Source: Puccinia triticina (Eukaryota). From it: 64,000 bases of DNA. Of the stretch, positions 61,069-64,000 are shown piece by piece. Location: contig CP110439.1 of the NCBI GenBank assembly GCA_026914245.1, positions 372,001-436,000 of the forward strand, read 5' to 3'. The first letter of the stretch is position 1, and every line of letters starts with the position of its first letter. The translations under genes and the position numbers were made by a program. Under the pieces are notes generated by a model. That model did not search any database. It was not told where the DNA came from and worked only from the letters and a program-made list of their open reading frames with translations.

Positions 61069-63465
61069 ATGGCTGATGTTTTCTGCCTTGGTCAAATCCT
61101 TATTCCATTTTCCTCAAGATCAACAATCTATCCGCCCGATGTTCCCCAGGTTGCTTTCCTTCAGCGGGGGAACCACCGAGTCCATCTGTTAGGTTCTGAA
61201 AGTCTTTTGTTTGGGGATCTCAGCGAGATTGAAAGCAGGTTTATTGGACAGTTGTTGGGACCCATTGGAGGCTGTTCCACTCGGATCACCGAAGAAAAGT
61301 TTTCTACTACAGACCAGTCTTTAATAAAACTTCAAGCATTTGTGGTCGCAAAGAATGCAACACTTTCTCAACTGCGGGGATGTGTTTTTAGTCGGTCCAA
61401 GGATGTTCAAACGGTTTTTTCTTCATTTTCTAGCGCAGGAATTGAGCTGCTGTCAATTTGGAACTACGACCAAACCCTTTTCTTTAATATACCACACCTG
61501 ACATCTGCCAATCATCAACTTCCAGAATCTGACGATAACATAAGTCTCCGCCCATACCTTGCAAAGTGTCGCACAATATTAAAAGATCACCAACTGAGTG
61601 CCCTTCGGTTTCTCAAGAAGAACGAATCTAGCGAAAACATGATTTCAGAACTCTGGCACCACTCCGACAACAACTGGATCAGGGACAGTGTTGAAGATTG
61701 GAATGAACTGGTGGCTAGTAGTGAAGGTGGAAAACCACGAGGGTCGATACTTGCAGATGATATGGGGCTTGGAAAGACGTTGACGGCATTGATGTTCATT
61801 CTAGCGACTAGCCAATCAGCCCTCAGCTTTCAGAGGTCTTCCCTTGACAGTACACAATTGATGTCTGCTGCTACCCTTATCATATGTCCTCTGGCGACCC
61901 TATCAAACTGGGAAAACGAGATCCGAATCCATTTTCATGCAAATACAATACCCTACTGTCTCTTCCATGGGAGAAATCGAGGAGGCGTTACAAAAAAGGA
62001 GCTACTTTCTTCCATGGTTGTGCTGACAACATATGACATGATTGGCCGAACATCAAACACCTCAACAAGTGCACCGATGATTGAATCTCTGAATATCTGC
62101 TGGTTCAGGATAGTCTTAGACGAAGCTCAGTAAGTACAAGAGGCAAACTCTCTCAAGGGAAGCAATATGAAGATGCTAATTATGTATAACATGTAGTATG
62201 ATCAGGAACCAAAGTGCAACAAGGACACAGCTTATTCAACGTCTCAATGCAAAGTTTTTCTTATGTCTATCTGGGACTCCCCTGCAGAACCGCTTGACCG
62301 ACATACAAAGCCTTGTTGAACTGTTGAAGATACAACCATGGAGTAACGAATGGATATGGAAGAATTTCCTAATACCTAACATAAATGTTGGGTCAAGCCA
62401 CGCTATCAGATCTCTAAACAGGCTTATGGACGGAATATGCTTGAGGAGGACAAAGGAGGTCTTATTGAATTTGCCACCAAAGACGGAACGTGCTGTGGTC
62501 GTACATCTCAGTTCTGACTGGGAGAAAGTATCACAAGACCTCCATCAGACTTTTGTGGAGAGTTTTGGGCGATTAAGAACCTCGGCAGATGTTTGGGATT
62601 TTGGTGAATTCTTCCGGCAACTTACAATGATTCGACAATTTTGTAATCATCCACTTTTTGCAAGGGAAGAGGTTGAATTTAACGGGGAATGGGAATGGAA
62701 TCACTCAGCAAAGGCGGTTCACCTGATCAATAAACTCAACGTATTGGCACATCAAGGAAGTCAAGCAAGGAAACCAAAGTCTGTGGTATTCTCAAACTAT
62801 GTTGGATTCTTAAGGATGTGAGCTGGACGTTTTTTTAATCTCAAGCTAATACACCTTTGATTTCATCTACTGACAACAAACATTGTATATTTTTGGAAGA
62901 ATTGAAAACAGCCTTCAAGCAAACAGCATTCAATCCACATGGCTTACTGGGAAGATGAGCATCTCACAGCGTGATGAAAGTCTGGCTCTTTTTCGGTGTA
63001 GTTCTGAGTGCAATGTGCTTCTCGGTTCAATTGGAGCGGCTGGAGTGGGGATAGATTTAAGATGTGCAGAAAATGTTTATATCATGGTGAGTGTAAGAGA
63101 GCCAAAAGCCTTATTTATGGAGATCTGACATAGGTTTGTATTTTTGAAGGAACCAAGCTGGAATCCGGCCATGGAGGCACAGGCGGTGGACCGTCTATAT
63201 CGTCTAGGGCAGGTGAACCCAGTAAATGTATATAGGTACTATGTACATGGCACACTAGAGATGAATATACATCAGATACAGAGAAGGAAAGGAGAACTGG
63301 CAACGTAAGTATTTCTCAAATTTGTCTGTTGCCTTGAATCTAAGGGAAACCATGTTTCAGGACGTGCACTAACTAGCTGATCTGGTGTCTAGGCTAAGTG
63401 TTCCTTCCGGTGGTGATGAAGAGTACCAGTCTGCTCAGTTATTGATGAGTAAATTATCTAGATGA
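61069..63465 (+). CDS. SNF2-family ATPase, Rad5/Rad16-like motor lacking the internal RING finger
   Basis: GSILADDMGLGKT, TLIICPLATLSNW, RIVLDEAH (across an intron), LSGTPLQNRL, LRRTK, RQFCNHP, GVGIDL, EPSWNPAMEAQAVDRLYRLGQ. Five exons, frame intact. Start is uncertain. Confidence 0.9.
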
Positions 63466-64000
63466 AATGAAGAGTTATCAACTTACACAATTTATGAGTG
63501 ATCTCTAAGAGTTTGGAGAAGTCAATTGGAGGCCAAGGGTTAAGGAGGAGTTTAGGTGTCTCAGATAGTGTATTGATGTATTTGGGTGAGTAGCAGTTGA
63601 TTGGTAAATTTATGGGCACGTCAGAAAATTTGGGAGGAGTGGACGACATAGGAACTGAACGCCGGTTTTTGATTGTATAACTGTGTACATATTTGGGGCC
63701 TTTGGTGTTCGTTTTCTTGTGGATATGGATTTTGTCAAGTTGCTGAGCAAGGCTGTTGAATTCAGAAGACCTCCATGACAGTGGAACTTTGATGAGCGAC
63801 TTGTCCTGTAGGCGTTCAGTTTCAGAAGTGCATTTGATGTCATCAAATAACTCCTTTGTTTCAGTTGATATGTCGAGGTTGGACAGTGTCTGTTGGCGGT
63901 GTTTCTGAAGCTAGAAAATTGGATTTGGGTACAGAATTAGTATGAGTGAGAAAAGCATATCCCCTACCTGGCTTCGCAACTTGGATTTCAACTCCAATTG
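63458..64000 (-). CDS. 3' part of an uncharacterised, probably transposon-associated gene (truncated by window end)
   Basis: Exon 63910-63458 is stop-free for 150 codons: LQKHRQQTL...CTSETE...VPLSWRSSEF...LDKI...VPINLPINCYSPKYI. Preceded by a GT-AG intron. Confidence 0.6.

Overview
Eukaryotic, intron-rich fungal DNA. Short GT-AG introns, basidiomycete-type genes and CpG-depleted repeats suggest a rust fungus such as Puccinia (inference). Genes in order: a dynamin-family gene whose GTPase motifs are all degenerate, a 4-exon metallothionein-like gene not recoverable from the ORF track, a RING/LON (CrgA/LONRF-like) E3 ligase, a MAT2B/RmlD-like reductase, two decayed paralogs of a secreted-protein gene, DIS3/RRP44, a paladin-like triple PTP-like phosphatase, an LRR protein, SDE2, a single-pass membrane protein, ATP synthase subunit e, and a RING-less Rad5/16-like SNF2 ATPase tail-to-tail with a repeat-type ORF. 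The 13-31 kb interval shows layered rearrangement. A tandem duplication broke inside LONRF and DIS3. A 2744-bp Helitron carrying a captured ketopantoate reductase pseudogene splits an exon of the second secreted-protein copy. A ~440-bp templated inverted duplication sits next to it, flanked by a 14-bp direct repeat. Several MITEs with clear TIRs/TSDs and a perfect ~516-bp (AGAAA)n tract are also present. All gene models were spliced by eye and no database searches were run.
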